Assembly (NCBI GenBank): GCA_965197905.1
Contig: CBDAOB010000004.1
Location: 1,824,001-1,888,000, forward strand
Length of the DNA stretch: 64,000 nt
Reading direction: 5' to 3'
Origin: Candidatus Latescibacterota bacterium
Lineage (GTDB): Bacteria; Latescibacterota; UBA2968; UBA8231
The notes beneath the pieces were generated by a model. The model ran no database searches. It was not told where the DNA came from and saw nothing but the letters and a program-made list of their open reading frames with translations. Position 1 is the first letter of the stretch. Every line of letters begins with the position of its first letter. The translations under genes and the position numbers were made by a program. Positions 1-8,493 of the stretch are shown here, piece by piece.

Positions 1-161
1 TGGTCGTGAGGCAAACGCACCGTCATGGATACGTTGGCAACGGTGTTGAATTCTCCGCCGCCACGAAGGGGCAATGTTAGGGGGTAGCGAACGTTCGAGA
101 CACCGACCTGGTCGATGTCGATGCCTCGTTGATCCGGGCTGTTCTGAATGTCCGGTAACAC
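1..161 (-). CDS. folE2: GTP cyclohydrolase I type IB (FolE2), 5' part; runs off the window start
   Basis: Manual minus-strand translation from GTG161 gives VLPDIQNSPDQRGIDIDQVGVSNVRYPLTLPLRGGGEFNTVANVSMTVRLPHD, which matches the FolE2 N-terminal pattern LPDxQ...IDxVGxxxxRYP...TVAxxSMxVxLP. Alternative in-frame starts are TTG191 and ATG221. Not in the ORF track. Confidence 0.85.
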   Translation of the reverse strand, partial: MLPDIQNSPDQRGIDIDQVGVSNVRYPLTLPLRGGGEFNTVANVSMTVRLPHD

Positions 162-201
162 GTTAGTTTTCGTAGGATTAGGTATCGCCAAGCTCGACTG
201 C

Positions 202-230
202 AATGTATGTTTGGACCCCATGCAAGTCAA
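202..230 (-). promoter_or_regulatory. sigma70-type promoter of folE2
   Basis: Minus strand TTGACT (230-225) - 17 bp - TACATT (207-202). Confidence 0.55.
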
Positions 231-272
231 TGGAATGGCGGCGACCGAGAGCCACGACCGGAGGAGGTGGAT

Positions 273-875
273 GTGGTAACGCTTTCAAAGATTTACACGA
301 AGTCAGGAGATGGCGGAACGACTCGATTGGGCAATGGTGAGGAGGTTTCGAAAACCCATCCCCGGGTAGAGGCCTACGGCGCCGTGGATGAGTTGAACGC
401 CGTGTTGGGTCTGGTGTTGACACAACCGTTGCCCGCGGAGCAAAAAGAAGTGCTACAACTCACCCAAAACGACCTCTTCGACCTCGGTGCCGACCTCTGT
501 CATCCGCAGAAGCAGGCTCGCGAGGAGGCGTCCGCGTTGCGCCTAGGCCACGATCAAGTTCAAAGGCTCGAATCCACCATCGACCACCTGAACGAGTCCC
601 TTCAGCCCTTGCGCAGCTTCGTTTTGCCCGGCGGCACCGTGGCGGCGACCTGGTTGCACCTTGCTCGCACGGTGTGCCGCCGGGCCGAGCGCAGAGTCTG
701 GGGTCTCGCCGAGGATGAAAGCGTCAACGAAGAGGTCCCGCGCTACCTGAATCGACTCTCTGACCTGCTCTTCGTAATGGCTAGGCATCATAACCACGCG
801 GCGTCCGGTGACGTGCTGTGGGAGCCGGCAAAGGGCCGAATCGAGGGCACCAATGAGACCTCCCAAACCGGATGA
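273..875 (+). CDS. cob(I)alamin/cob(I)yrinic acid a,c-diamide adenosyltransferase, PduO type
   Basis: KIYTKSGDGGTT, RVEAYGAVDELN, FVLPGG, ARTVCRRAERR and YLNRLSDLLF motifs; GGAGGAGG RBS before GTG273 (track ORF begins at 207). Confidence 0.95.
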   Translation: MVTLSKIYTKSGDGGTTRLGNGEEVSKTHPRVEAYGAVDELNAVLGLVLTQPLPAEQKEVLQLTQNDLFDLGADLCHPQKQAREEASALRLGHDQVQRLESTIDHLNESLQPLRSFVLPGGTVAATWLHLARTVCRRAERRVWGLAEDESVNEEVPRYLNRLSDLLFVMARHHNHAASGDVLWEPAKGRIEGTNETSQTG

Positions 876-966
876 GGAGCCGCTGCCAACTTGTGGTTTG
901 CACTAGGCTTCCTTACTATATTTTCCTTAAACCGGCAGGCACTTTTTCTACGGTATGAACTGAGTC

Positions 967-2208
967 ATGGCGCGGGTCTTGGTAGTTGAGCGTAGCCCAA
1001 AGATCGGGAAGCTCGTAGCCGATCAGTTGCAGCAAAACGGCTTCGACGCCACGGATGTGCGCCATGGGGCGGAAGCCGCCCTCGAGCTTCGTCGGCAGGA
1101 GTGCGACCTCATCCTATTGGACAACCAGGTGCCGATGGGTGGGGTAAAAACCGCCCGCATTCTGCGCCTGCACCCAAAATTCAACACGATACCGATCATT
1201 CTGGGCTTACCCACCAACAAGGACGAAGCCCGCAAGGTAATTACCGACAGCAACGAAGTCGGGGTGAGCAATTTCCTGCTCAAGCCGTTCACCATGGCGG
1301 CCCTGAAAAAGAAGCTGGACGATGTGCTCGGCGACGAAACTCCGGCGGAGAAACCCACCTTCATGGAGATTCGTGACGAGCTGCGGAACCTCAGCAATCT
1401 GCCGGCGATGCCGGAAGCCCACAGCAAGCTGCTGGCCCTGCTCAGCAAGGCCGACGACGAAGTGGATATGAACGCCGTCGCCAAGACCCTAGAGATGGAT
1501 GCAGCGATGTCGGCCAAGGTCATGCGCACCTGCCGCTCGGCGTTCTTCGGATTTCAAGGCAGCATGATGAAACAAGCGGTGGCTTTTCTGGGGGTTGCGG
1601 TGATTCGTCAAATCGTGCAGTCGGCGGTTATCGTCAGCATGTTCGATGACGAGAAAGAGGGAGATTCCAGCCTGAGCATGCAAGACCTGTGGCGTCATTC
1701 CATGGCAACCGGTTTGGCTATGGAAGTGATCGGAAAAGCGGACAAGAAAAAAACCCACTTCCTTCTGGGTGTTCTGCACGATGTGGGAAAGGCGGTGTTC
1801 AAGTTTCGCTTCTCCGAGCATTTTGCCTCGGTTCTCGATCTCGTGGCGAAGGAAGAGATCTCTATGTACAAGGCGGAGCAGGAGCTCCTGGGCATCACCC
1901 ACGCCGAGTGCGGGGGGGAGTTGGCGGTGCACTGGGATCTTCCGGGTGAGGTGCGTACCGCTATAGCCGCACACCATACCCCCGCGGAGACAACGCAACA
2001 CAAGCGATTGGCCGCCATGGTCCATATCGCCGATATCGCCGTCCGCACCATGAAAATTGGCTACGCCGGCGATGATCTGATTCCGCCGATGGATCCATAT
2101 GCGGCCAGGCTGCAGAAGAGCGTCGAGGAGATCACCGCCCAGCGCGATCAGATCGTCGGTCAGATCGACGCCATGGTGGGCGGGTCAGACGGGGAGGCAG
2201 AGAATTAG
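967..2208 (+). CDS. Response-regulator receiver + HDOD domain signalling protein
   Basis: N-terminal REC (LILLDNQVP, FLLKPF); HDOD signature LPAMP...DAAMSAKVMR...LWRHS...LHDVGK...LLGITHAECG...HWDLP...IAAHH. Confidence 0.9.
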   Translation: MARVLVVERSPKIGKLVADQLQQNGFDATDVRHGAEAALELRRQECDLILLDNQVPMGGVKTARILRLHPKFNTIPIILGLPTNKDEARKVITDSNEVGVSNFLLKPFTMAALKKKLDDVLGDETPAEKPTFMEIRDELRNLSNLPAMPEAHSKLLALLSKADDEVDMNAVAKTLEMDAAMSAKVMRTCRSAFFGFQGSMMKQAVAFLGVAVIRQIVQSAVIVSMFDDEKEGDSSLSMQDLWRHSMATGLAMEVIGKADKKKTHFLLGVLHDVGKAVFKFRFSEHFASVLDLVAKEEISMYKAEQELLGITHAECGGELAVHWDLPGEVRTAIAAHHTPAETTQHKRLAAMVHIADIAVRTMKIGYAGDDLIPPMDPYAARLQKSVEEITAQRDQIVGQIDAMVGGSDGEAEN

Positions 2209-2848
2209 CCAGGCTTCTCCAAGCCTCACAGTCGATCTGCGAACCGGCTTACCGCACCACTGTGTAGGCCTTTTTTTGTGCCTCCTGTTACACACCGGGG
2301 TAGGGGCGCAGTACGAAGCCGAAGTCACAGCAGAGCGCCAGTCGAATTTCTACCTCTCCGCTGGCCTAGGCCTGCTCACCGTAGGCACTAAGGCAGGCAT
2401 TGCCATTCCGGCCGGATTCATGGCGGTGCTTTCCCCTTACCGGTTGCTGGTTTCCGCCAGCGCGATCGATATCGGGCTTCTGGAAGGAGACTCCAAGGAT
2501 CCGCGGTACGAGCGTTTATTCGTGCCGGGGGGCTCCCAAGCCTGCCTGGATCGAGAGACCGGTTTTCTTGTTTCGGATTTTCGTTGTTCTGGAGGGACCG
2601 TCCTCCGAGGCTCGACCGGTGCCGATCTCAGCGTCATACCCATAGAGAATCTTTGGCTCGGAAACCAACCGGGCAACCTGTTCACCGGTGTCGGCTTTCG
2701 TGCCTTCAACCCGAAGACGGCCTACGTCACCTTCGGCCTGGTGTTCAATTCGCAGACGGAAAAAGCAGGCGGATTCAAGGTCAATATCGGCAGCGACTAC
2801 GTGTTTGTCGGTATCCTCGGAGGGTTCAACCTACGCCGATGGTTCTGA
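2099..2848 (+). CDS. Hypothetical exported protein, possibly an outer-membrane beta-barrel; true start probably downstream of 2208
   Basis: Signal-peptide-like LFLCLLLHTGVGA|Q, alternating beta-strand-like segments, terminal aromatic (RRWF). Start codon unclear. Confidence 0.55.
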   Translation: MRPGCRRASRRSPPSAIRSSVRSTPWWAGQTGRQRISQASPSLTVDLRTGLPHHCVGLFLCLLLHTGVGAQYEAEVTAERQSNFYLSAGLGLLTVGTKAGIAIPAGFMAVLSPYRLLVSASAIDIGLLEGDSKDPRYERLFVPGGSQACLDRETGFLVSDFRCSGGTVLRGSTGADLSVIPIENLWLGNQPGNLFTGVGFRAFNPKTAYVTFGLVFNSQTEKAGGFKVNIGSDYVFVGILGGFNLRRWF

Positions 2849-2867
2849 ACGTGCCCTCGCCGTTGTG

Positions 2868-3927
2868 ATGGCGGGTCGCATCGCCTGCCGCCGGTACCGC
2901 TGCGCACGCAACATCGCCTTCGCCGCCTTGAGCCTGCTGTTCGCCGCAGACGGAAACAGCCAGACGCTTCCGCCGGAGACCCACCCCAGCCTGTTGTTTA
3001 CCGCCGCTGAGCTACCTCTACTAAAGAGCCGCATCGCGCGCGCTCCGTACTCGAGTTGGTGGCAAACGACGCTGCAACGCGCGCAAACCGTTCCCGATAC
3101 CGTAACCGTAGAGCGATCGAAGGCCCGTTACGCCAAGAGCCTGGCGTTTGCCTATCTCATGACCGACGACGAGAGCTTCGCACGGTTACGATATGTTGCA
3201 CGAGTTCGTGAGCGCGGATGCTGCCTCACTGGCCGCGGTGCGCGGTCTCCTCGCCGAGGAAGCGGCGCGGTTGATGAAGGGTATTGTCGTGCAGGAGATC
3301 AACCTCGGTTTCGTGACCATCAAGCTGCGTCTGCACGAGACGCCCCACATCGACAACTGGCATCTGCGGGCGTACGGTGGGCTGGGGTTTGCCGCCCTGG
3401 CACTGGCGGATCATCCCGGCGTCGACGACAAAACCCCCCAAGATTGGTCTGACCGGGCAGTGGATCTGTCCAGCCGCACCCTGGAGTATCAGATAGACCC
3501 CGTGGACGGCGGCTACGCCGAGGGTCCGTTCTACAGCCGCTACGCCGCCGATGTTTACCTGCCATACTTGATCGCCATGAAACGTCTCACCGGACTTGAT
3601 CTCATCGACGCGCCGATCGTGCGCAAGATGCACGACTGGTCGGTAAACATCCGCTTGCCCAATGGACGCCGACCAAACATCGACGACGGCCACCTGGACG
3701 AATTCTACGGTCATTACCTGGCCGCTGTCGACGACGACGGTCCGGTGCATCTTTGGGACTGGCAAAACAACGAGACCGGGCTGTACGTGCGGGAGTTTTC
3801 AGAGCTGGATGCTATTGCGCTCTACGACGACCGCATCGAACCCCAGGAGCCCACGCAAGGACCGACGATCTTCATGCCGGAGGCCGGAGATGCGGTCTTC
3901 CGCAACGACTGGTCGGCCGACGGGATC
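2868..3927 (+). pseudogene. Heparinase II/III-family polysaccharide lyase, 5' exon; also frameshifted at ~3180
   Basis: Signal peptide, then HPSLLFT (frame of ORF 2688). The frame switches at ~3180 to GYDMLHEF...DNWH...DGGYAEGPFYSRY...PNIDDG...GDAVFRNDWSADGI (frame of ORF 3193), ending exactly at the intron 5' end. Confidence 0.8.
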
Positions 3928-4511
3928 GTGCGCCACGAGGCGCCAGAGAACCGGGTGGGATGCAAGGACCCACCAACGGGCTGTCGCAGCAGCCCGTTGA
4001 AGCTGGAGGCAGCCTGACCCTGGGAGCGCAGGGGAAGGTGGAAGCAGCCTCGACAACGACAGAGTGGAGTGGCACCTCCAGACACTCCACGTCTGGCAAG
4101 CAAGACGGAATGGTGTAACCCGAAGTGAACCAGTGATGGAACCCCCTTTAGCGGCCCGCCAACCCAAACCTGGTGGATAAGGGTTGGTACGCAACGCACG
4201 TGGTCGGATATATGACCGACTGCGACTCTGGGGAGGTGTGATACCCACCGAAGCAGAGGCCTTGGAGAATGCCTGCGGCGTACCCAAGGCGAAGTTGCAG
4301 GGGAAAAGCTGGGCACCTCCCCCGTCAAACGGTTCATGGTGAACGTGGGAACCGAGCCGAGTCCGACCGTTATCGGGGCAGCGCGCTGTCCGCTGTGGGG
4401 CTTGGCAAGGGACGGAGCCTCTGTAGTAGTCCGCGAGCGGGAAAGCCGCTTACATGGCGAAGGGAGGCAGCAAGTTGCGCAGTGGGGTACTGGAAAAACA
4501 GGAGGACGCCG

Positions 4512-5942
4512 GTGAATGCCAGCGCTTCGTGGCCCGAGGCAGAACAAGCCCGTAATCGAGTACTGGAAATCCAGACCAAACTGCACCGTTGGGCTGTAGA
4601 GGATCGAAGCAAGTGCTTCGACGACCTGTTCAACCTGGTGTGTGACCCGGCGTTTTTGAGTGTAGCCTGGCGTCGGGTGCGCAGCAACAAGGGTGCTCGT
4701 TCGGCCGGAGTGGACGGACAAACGGCCTACTCTGTGGAGACGGAACGCGGCGAGGAGGCCTTTCTCGCCGAGGTGCGGGTTGATCTGAAGACCCGCAGTT
4801 TCCGGCCTCTGCCCGTACGCGAGCGGTTGATTCCGAAACCTGGCACAACGAAGAAGCGCCGGCTCGGCATCCCAACCGCTCGGGACCGAGTGGTCCAAGC
4901 CGCACTCAAGCTGGTGCTCGAACCGATCTTCGAAGCGGACTTCAAGCCGTGCTCCTACGGCTTCCGCCCGAATCGGCGGGCTCAGGACGCCATCGCCGAG
5001 ATTCATCAATTCTGCTCCCGCTCTTATGAGTGGGTGGTGGAGGGCGATATCCGTGCTTGTTTCGATGAGATTGATCACGCAGCCCTCTTGGACCGCGTGC
5101 GTCGACGTATCGGTGATAAGCATGTTCTGAGGCTTGTAAAAGCGTTCTGCAAGGCCGGTGTCCTCACGGAACAATCGGTGTTGCAAGAAAGCACTTCGGG
5201 CACTCCGCAAGGCGGTATTCTCTCACCGCTGGTGGCAAATATCGCCTTATCCGTCCTCGACGATTATTTCACTGAGGTCTGGAGAAAGGTGGGCGCTACC
5301 TCCAGTGCGCGACAAGCGCATCGGCGAAAGGGGCTACCGACTTGTCGGCTTGTCCGTTACGCTGACGATTTCGTGCTGCTGGTGGCGGGCACCGAAGCTG
5401 CAGCGTATGACCTGCGCGACCAAGCGGGGGTGACTCTCACCCCCATGGGTCTGCACCTGTCGGAGACGAAGACCGCCATCACGCACATCAGCCGTGGCTT
5501 CGATTTCCTGGGTTTTCGCATTCAGAAGCGACGGAAACCGGGCCCGGTTGGCGCACGCATCTATACGTGGCCAAGAAAGGAATCTCTGGCCCGGTTGAAG
5601 AGCACGGTGCGCGCAGTCACGAGAACGGGTCGGCAGAGGCCGTTGAAGAGCCTTCTGCGCCAACTCAATCCGGTGTTGCGGGGGTGGGCCAACTACTTTC
5701 AGTACGGGGTGTCGAAGGCCACTTTCAACTACGTGCGGGGCTTCACTTGGCGCCGCGTAGTGCATTGGCTGCGCCGCAAGCACCCGCGCTTTAATTGGAG
5801 GAAGCTGAAACGCCGCTACCTGCCAGGATGGTGGCCCACCGAGGACGGGATTGCTCTTTACAACGTCGGCGAAGTAGCAGTGACTCGTTACCGCTATCGA
5901 TCGGCGCGGATCCCTTCTCCCTGGCCTGCGACAACCGGATGA
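4512..5942 (+). CDS. ltrA: Group II intron reverse transcriptase/maturase, no C-terminal HNH endonuclease
   Basis: RT0 AWRRVRSNKGARSAGVDG, IPKPG..RRLGIPTARDRVVQ, SYGFRPNR, GDIRACFD, GTPQGGILSPL, RYADDF, GFDFLGF; maturase X LNPVLRGWANYF; AGGAGG RBS before GTG4512 (track ORF begins at 4269). Confidence 0.96.
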   Translation: MNASASWPEAEQARNRVLEIQTKLHRWAVEDRSKCFDDLFNLVCDPAFLSVAWRRVRSNKGARSAGVDGQTAYSVETERGEEAFLAEVRVDLKTRSFRPLPVRERLIPKPGTTKKRRLGIPTARDRVVQAALKLVLEPIFEADFKPCSYGFRPNRRAQDAIAEIHQFCSRSYEWVVEGDIRACFDEIDHAALLDRVRRRIGDKHVLRLVKAFCKAGVLTEQSVLQESTSGTPQGGILSPLVANIALSVLDDYFTEVWRKVGATSSARQAHRRKGLPTCRLVRYADDFVLLVAGTEAAAYDLRDQAGVTLTPMGLHLSETKTAITHISRGFDFLGFRIQKRRKPGPVGARIYTWPRKESLARLKSTVRAVTRTGRQRPLKSLLRQLNPVLRGWANYFQYGVSKATFNYVRGFTWRRVVHWLRRKHPRFNWRKLKRRYLPGWWPTEDGIALYNVGEVAVTRYRYRSARIPSPWPATTG

Positions 5943-5971
5943 GACTCTGCGGTCACACGGCACCTTGTGGA

Positions 5972-6068
5972 GAGCCGGATGCGTGGTAACGCGCACGTCC
6001 GGTTCGGAGGGCGGGCCGGAGAAACCCACATCACGCGTGTGGCGCAGGGCGCTCCGGTCCGACCCTAC
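5972..6068 (+). ncRNA. Group II intron catalytic domain V and branch-point domain VI
   Basis: DV GAGCCGGATGCGTGGTAACGCGCACGTCCGGTTC (AGC triad, GTAA tetraloop, AC bulge); DVI GGGCGGGCCGGAG(6009-6021) pairs with CTCCGGTCCG-A-CCC(6052-6065), leaving A6062 bulged 7 nt from the 3' splice site. Confidence 0.93.
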
Positions 6069-7448
6069 TACATGCTGCTGCGCGGCGAGCATGGTCTCAC
6101 CCGCAACCGGGGACTGGCGCACGAGCATGCCGACGAGACCAGCTTCATCATCTACGCTTTTGGAGAGATGCTGGCTGTGGATGCGGGGTATATCAACTTC
6201 ACCAACCACCACAAGGTCAATGCTGGTCGCAATCACAACGTCATCCTGGTGGACGGTGAAGGGCCGCCGCTGTTCGTGGATCCGTTGATCGGCGAGTCCA
6301 TCGGCGGCGGCAACAACGCGTTTATCGAGGAGTTTTTCAGCACCGAGCACCAGGACTACGCGGAAGTGCGCGCCCAGTACGGCGGCGTCGACCTGCGGCG
6401 GCGGGTGATGTTTCCCGGAAAACAGTATTTCATTCTGGCCGATGAGGTGCGCGATCTCGAGGTCCACCAGTACGAATGGCGTCTCCACGGAAACGGGGGT
6501 GGAGACACCGGTGCTGACTATTCCCGTGCCGGCCCCTTGGCGCGCTGGGTCCGACCCAAAGCACAACTGGTCGCCTTCGTCGTCCCCCAGGACGAACTCA
6601 CGTTGGCCGAAGCCGACACCGTCCATTCCTTCACGTTTAGCCAGGAGAAAACCCATACCTTTCTGCAGGCTCAGACCACCGGTAGCAACGTGGAGTTTCT
6701 ATCCGTATTGGTTCCCGGGGCAAGCGGAATGCCGATGCCCTCCTTCGATGTCGGCAGCGCAACCGGCGCCCAAGCTGTGCACATTGAAGGGGACGGATTC
6801 CGCGATCTGGCGTGGGTCGCCGAGCACGGCGCCGACTCCATTCTGGTCGAAGATCAAAGCGGCAGTGTCCGCACCGACGCCCGCTTTGGACAGCTCCGCT
6901 ACGAAGGCGATCTGTTGCGGTCTTACACGATTCAGGACGCCAGCTTTCTGCGCGTCGGGACGGAGGAGGTCTTCAGTGCCGCAGATACGGTCGATCTTTC
7001 CTTCAACTTCGACGAGGGTGGCCTACGGGGGTTTGTCGCGGCGGCGGACGGTGGGGTCGAGATCCTGATACCCGTGTCCGCTTCGGCGCTGGATTCGTTG
7101 CAATTCGACGGGACGCTGCTTGACAGTAGTCTCGCCGCGGGGCGACTGAGCCTGAGGATTGCCGGTGCAGGCCGTCTTGTGGTGCGTACCCAACCAACAC
7201 CAGCGGACACCGTCGGAGGAGAGTCAAGCGGTCAGACGGCGGCAGCGGAGGAGGCGGGCTCTGCTGCCGAACCGGGGGATTTCGACCACAGCGGTCTGGT
7301 CGACCTGGAGGACTTCAGCTTGTGCGCCCAGGCATACGACTCCAACGCAACGACAGCGACGGCGACTTTCGATCTGAACGACGACGGCAGGATAGATTTC
7401 GAGGATTTCTTCCTCTTTGCGGATCTCTTCCCGCAGTCCGCTCCGTAA
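6069..7448 (+). CDS. Heparinase II/III-family lyase, 3' exon, with C-terminal EF-hand/dockerin-like module
   Basis: YMLLRGEHG...HEHADETSFIIYAFGEMLAVDAGY...HNVILVDG...RRRVMF...YFILADEV...YEWRLH; C-terminus GDFDHSGLVDLEDF...FDLNDDGRIDFEDFFLFA. Confidence 0.85.
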   Translation, partial: YMLLRGEHGLTRNRGLAHEHADETSFIIYAFGEMLAVDAGYINFTNHHKVNAGRNHNVILVDGEGPPLFVDPLIGESIGGGNNAFIEEFFSTEHQDYAEVRAQYGGVDLRRRVMFPGKQYFILADEVRDLEVHQYEWRLHGNGGGDTGADYSRAGPLARWVRPKAQLVAFVVPQDELTLAEADTVHSFTFSQEKTHTFLQAQTTGSNVEFLSVLVPGASGMPMPSFDVGSATGAQAVHIEGDGFRDLAWVAEHGADSILVEDQSGSVRTDARFGQLRYEGDLLRSYTIQDASFLRVGTEEVFSAADTVDLSFNFDEGGLRGFVAAADGGVEILIPVSASALDSLQFDGTLLDSSLAAGRLSLRIAGAGRLVVRTQPTPADTVGGESSGQTAAAEEAGSAAEPGDFDHSGLVDLEDFSLCAQAYDSNATTATATFDLNDDGRIDFEDFFLFADLFPQSAP

Positions 7449-7473
7449 CAACAGCTTCCCGGCGGAGTGACTG

Positions 7474-7926
7474 CTACACCGCGGTCATCGCGTAGTTCAG
7501 AATCTCCACCACCTGCGCTGGCTCGGAAGCTACCGCCTGTGCGGCGGCGTCGACCTCCTTTAGCGGGTGCCGAAGGTCAGGCGGATGCAGCACAATCAGC
7601 GGCTTGTTCAGGGCGAAGGCGTATCCGGCATCGAAAGCGGCATTCCACTGCCGGTACTCTTCGCCAAATTTCACCACCACAACATCGCAATCGCGTATAA
7701 GCGTGCGCGTGCGAATGGCGTTGATCTTGCCCCCTTTGTGATCGGTCCAGAACGAATCCTCTTCGGGGCCGAGAATGTCGACACCGCAACCATCGCTGGC
7801 GCCATGGTCCATCACCGGCGCGAAGAACAGCACGTCGAGCTCTGCCTCCTCGGCGCCCTGAGTAATTTGCTGGCGCCAATCGCTGTGCACTTCGCCGGCC
7901 AGATAAACCTTCCATTGCTTTGACAT
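7474..7926 (-). CDS. YtoQ family protein (nucleoside 2-deoxyribosyltransferase-like fold)
   Basis: VYLAGEVHSDWR, INAIRTRTLI, FGEEYRQWNAAFDAGYA, HPLKEVDAAA. Confidence 0.88.
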   Translation of the reverse strand: MSKQWKVYLAGEVHSDWRQQITQGAEEAELDVLFFAPVMDHGASDGCGVDILGPEEDSFWTDHKGGKINAIRTRTLIRDCDVVVVKFGEEYRQWNAAFDAGYAFALNKPLIVLHPPDLRHPLKEVDAAAQAVASEPAQVVEILNYAMTAV

Positions 7927-8125
7927 CTCGCTCCCCCACGGTTTGGTTGTCGGCTGCCGGCATCGCGTCTATCGACGCGGCCGTGACGCTCGCATCGTCA
8001 TTGTGCCGATACACGAAAAAAATAGTAGGATTCGGCTGTGAGTGGCGCAATTCTTCTTGCCGCTTACCGTTCGGCCTCCTATGTTCTGTGCATCGAATCA
8101 GGCGGTTTCATCAAGGAGGTCGGCG

Positions 8126-8428
8126 ATGAAGTCTGCAATCGAGCTGGCAATGGAAAAAGCGGATGGTGCAGTTGATGGTGACGACTACGTCAAATTAACT
8201 CCGGAACAGGTACAGGCTATTGATCAGGTGACGAAGGAGTACGAAGCCAAGTGGGCTGAGCAAGAGATCATGGTAAAGGGCAAGTTGGAAAAGATGCAAC
8301 GGGAGGTCGATCCGCAGACCATGGCCGAGCATCAACGGCAGTTCCAGAACGAGATCAACCAGTTGCGCGAGCAGATATTTACCGAACGCGACAGCAAGAT
8401 CGAAAAGATTCGTCAACAAGCTACATAA
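8126..8428 (+). CDS. Hypothetical helical/coiled-coil protein (MKSAxELAME.. type)
   Basis: AAGGAGGT RBS before ATG8126; charged helical sequence; followed by a terminator. Confidence 0.75.
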   Translation: MKSAIELAMEKADGAVDGDDYVKLTPEQVQAIDQVTKEYEAKWAEQEIMVKGKLEKMQREVDPQTMAEHQRQFQNEINQLREQIFTERDSKIEKIRQQAT

Positions 8429-8448
8429 CAGAGTTTTCGAGAGGCGGG

Positions 8449-8486
8449 CAGAAGCGGGAAGGTCTACGGACCGACCCGCTTTTTGT
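8449..8486 (+). terminator. Intrinsic terminator between convergent genes
   Basis: AAGCGGG-aa-GGTC-TACG-GACC-ga-CCCGCTT-TTT; C(UACG)G tetraloop followed by a U-tract. Confidence 0.75.
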
Positions 8487-8493
8487 TGGCCTA

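Larger units (their letters stand above)
3928..6068 (+). mobile_element. Complete group II intron (2141 nt) encoding an RT/maturase
   Basis: 5' GTGCG at 3928; domain V at 5972-6005; domain VI with bulged A6062; 3' end ...CCCTAC at 6068; flanking exons join in frame. Confidence 0.95.

Noticed and set aside
3928..4017. C-terminal VRHEAPENRVG... of ORF 3193, and the MESRMRGNAHVRFGG start of ORF 5967
   Set aside because: Both are translations of intron RNA (5' end and domain V/VI), not real protein.
4269..4511. N-terminal extension of the IEP given in the ORF track
   Set aside because: It runs through structured intron RNA; the RBS-supported start is GTG4512.
3822..6656. Long antisense ORFs 3822-5210 and 5334-6656
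   Set aside because: Shadow frames of the RT and lyase genes in high-GC DNA; no recognisable domains.
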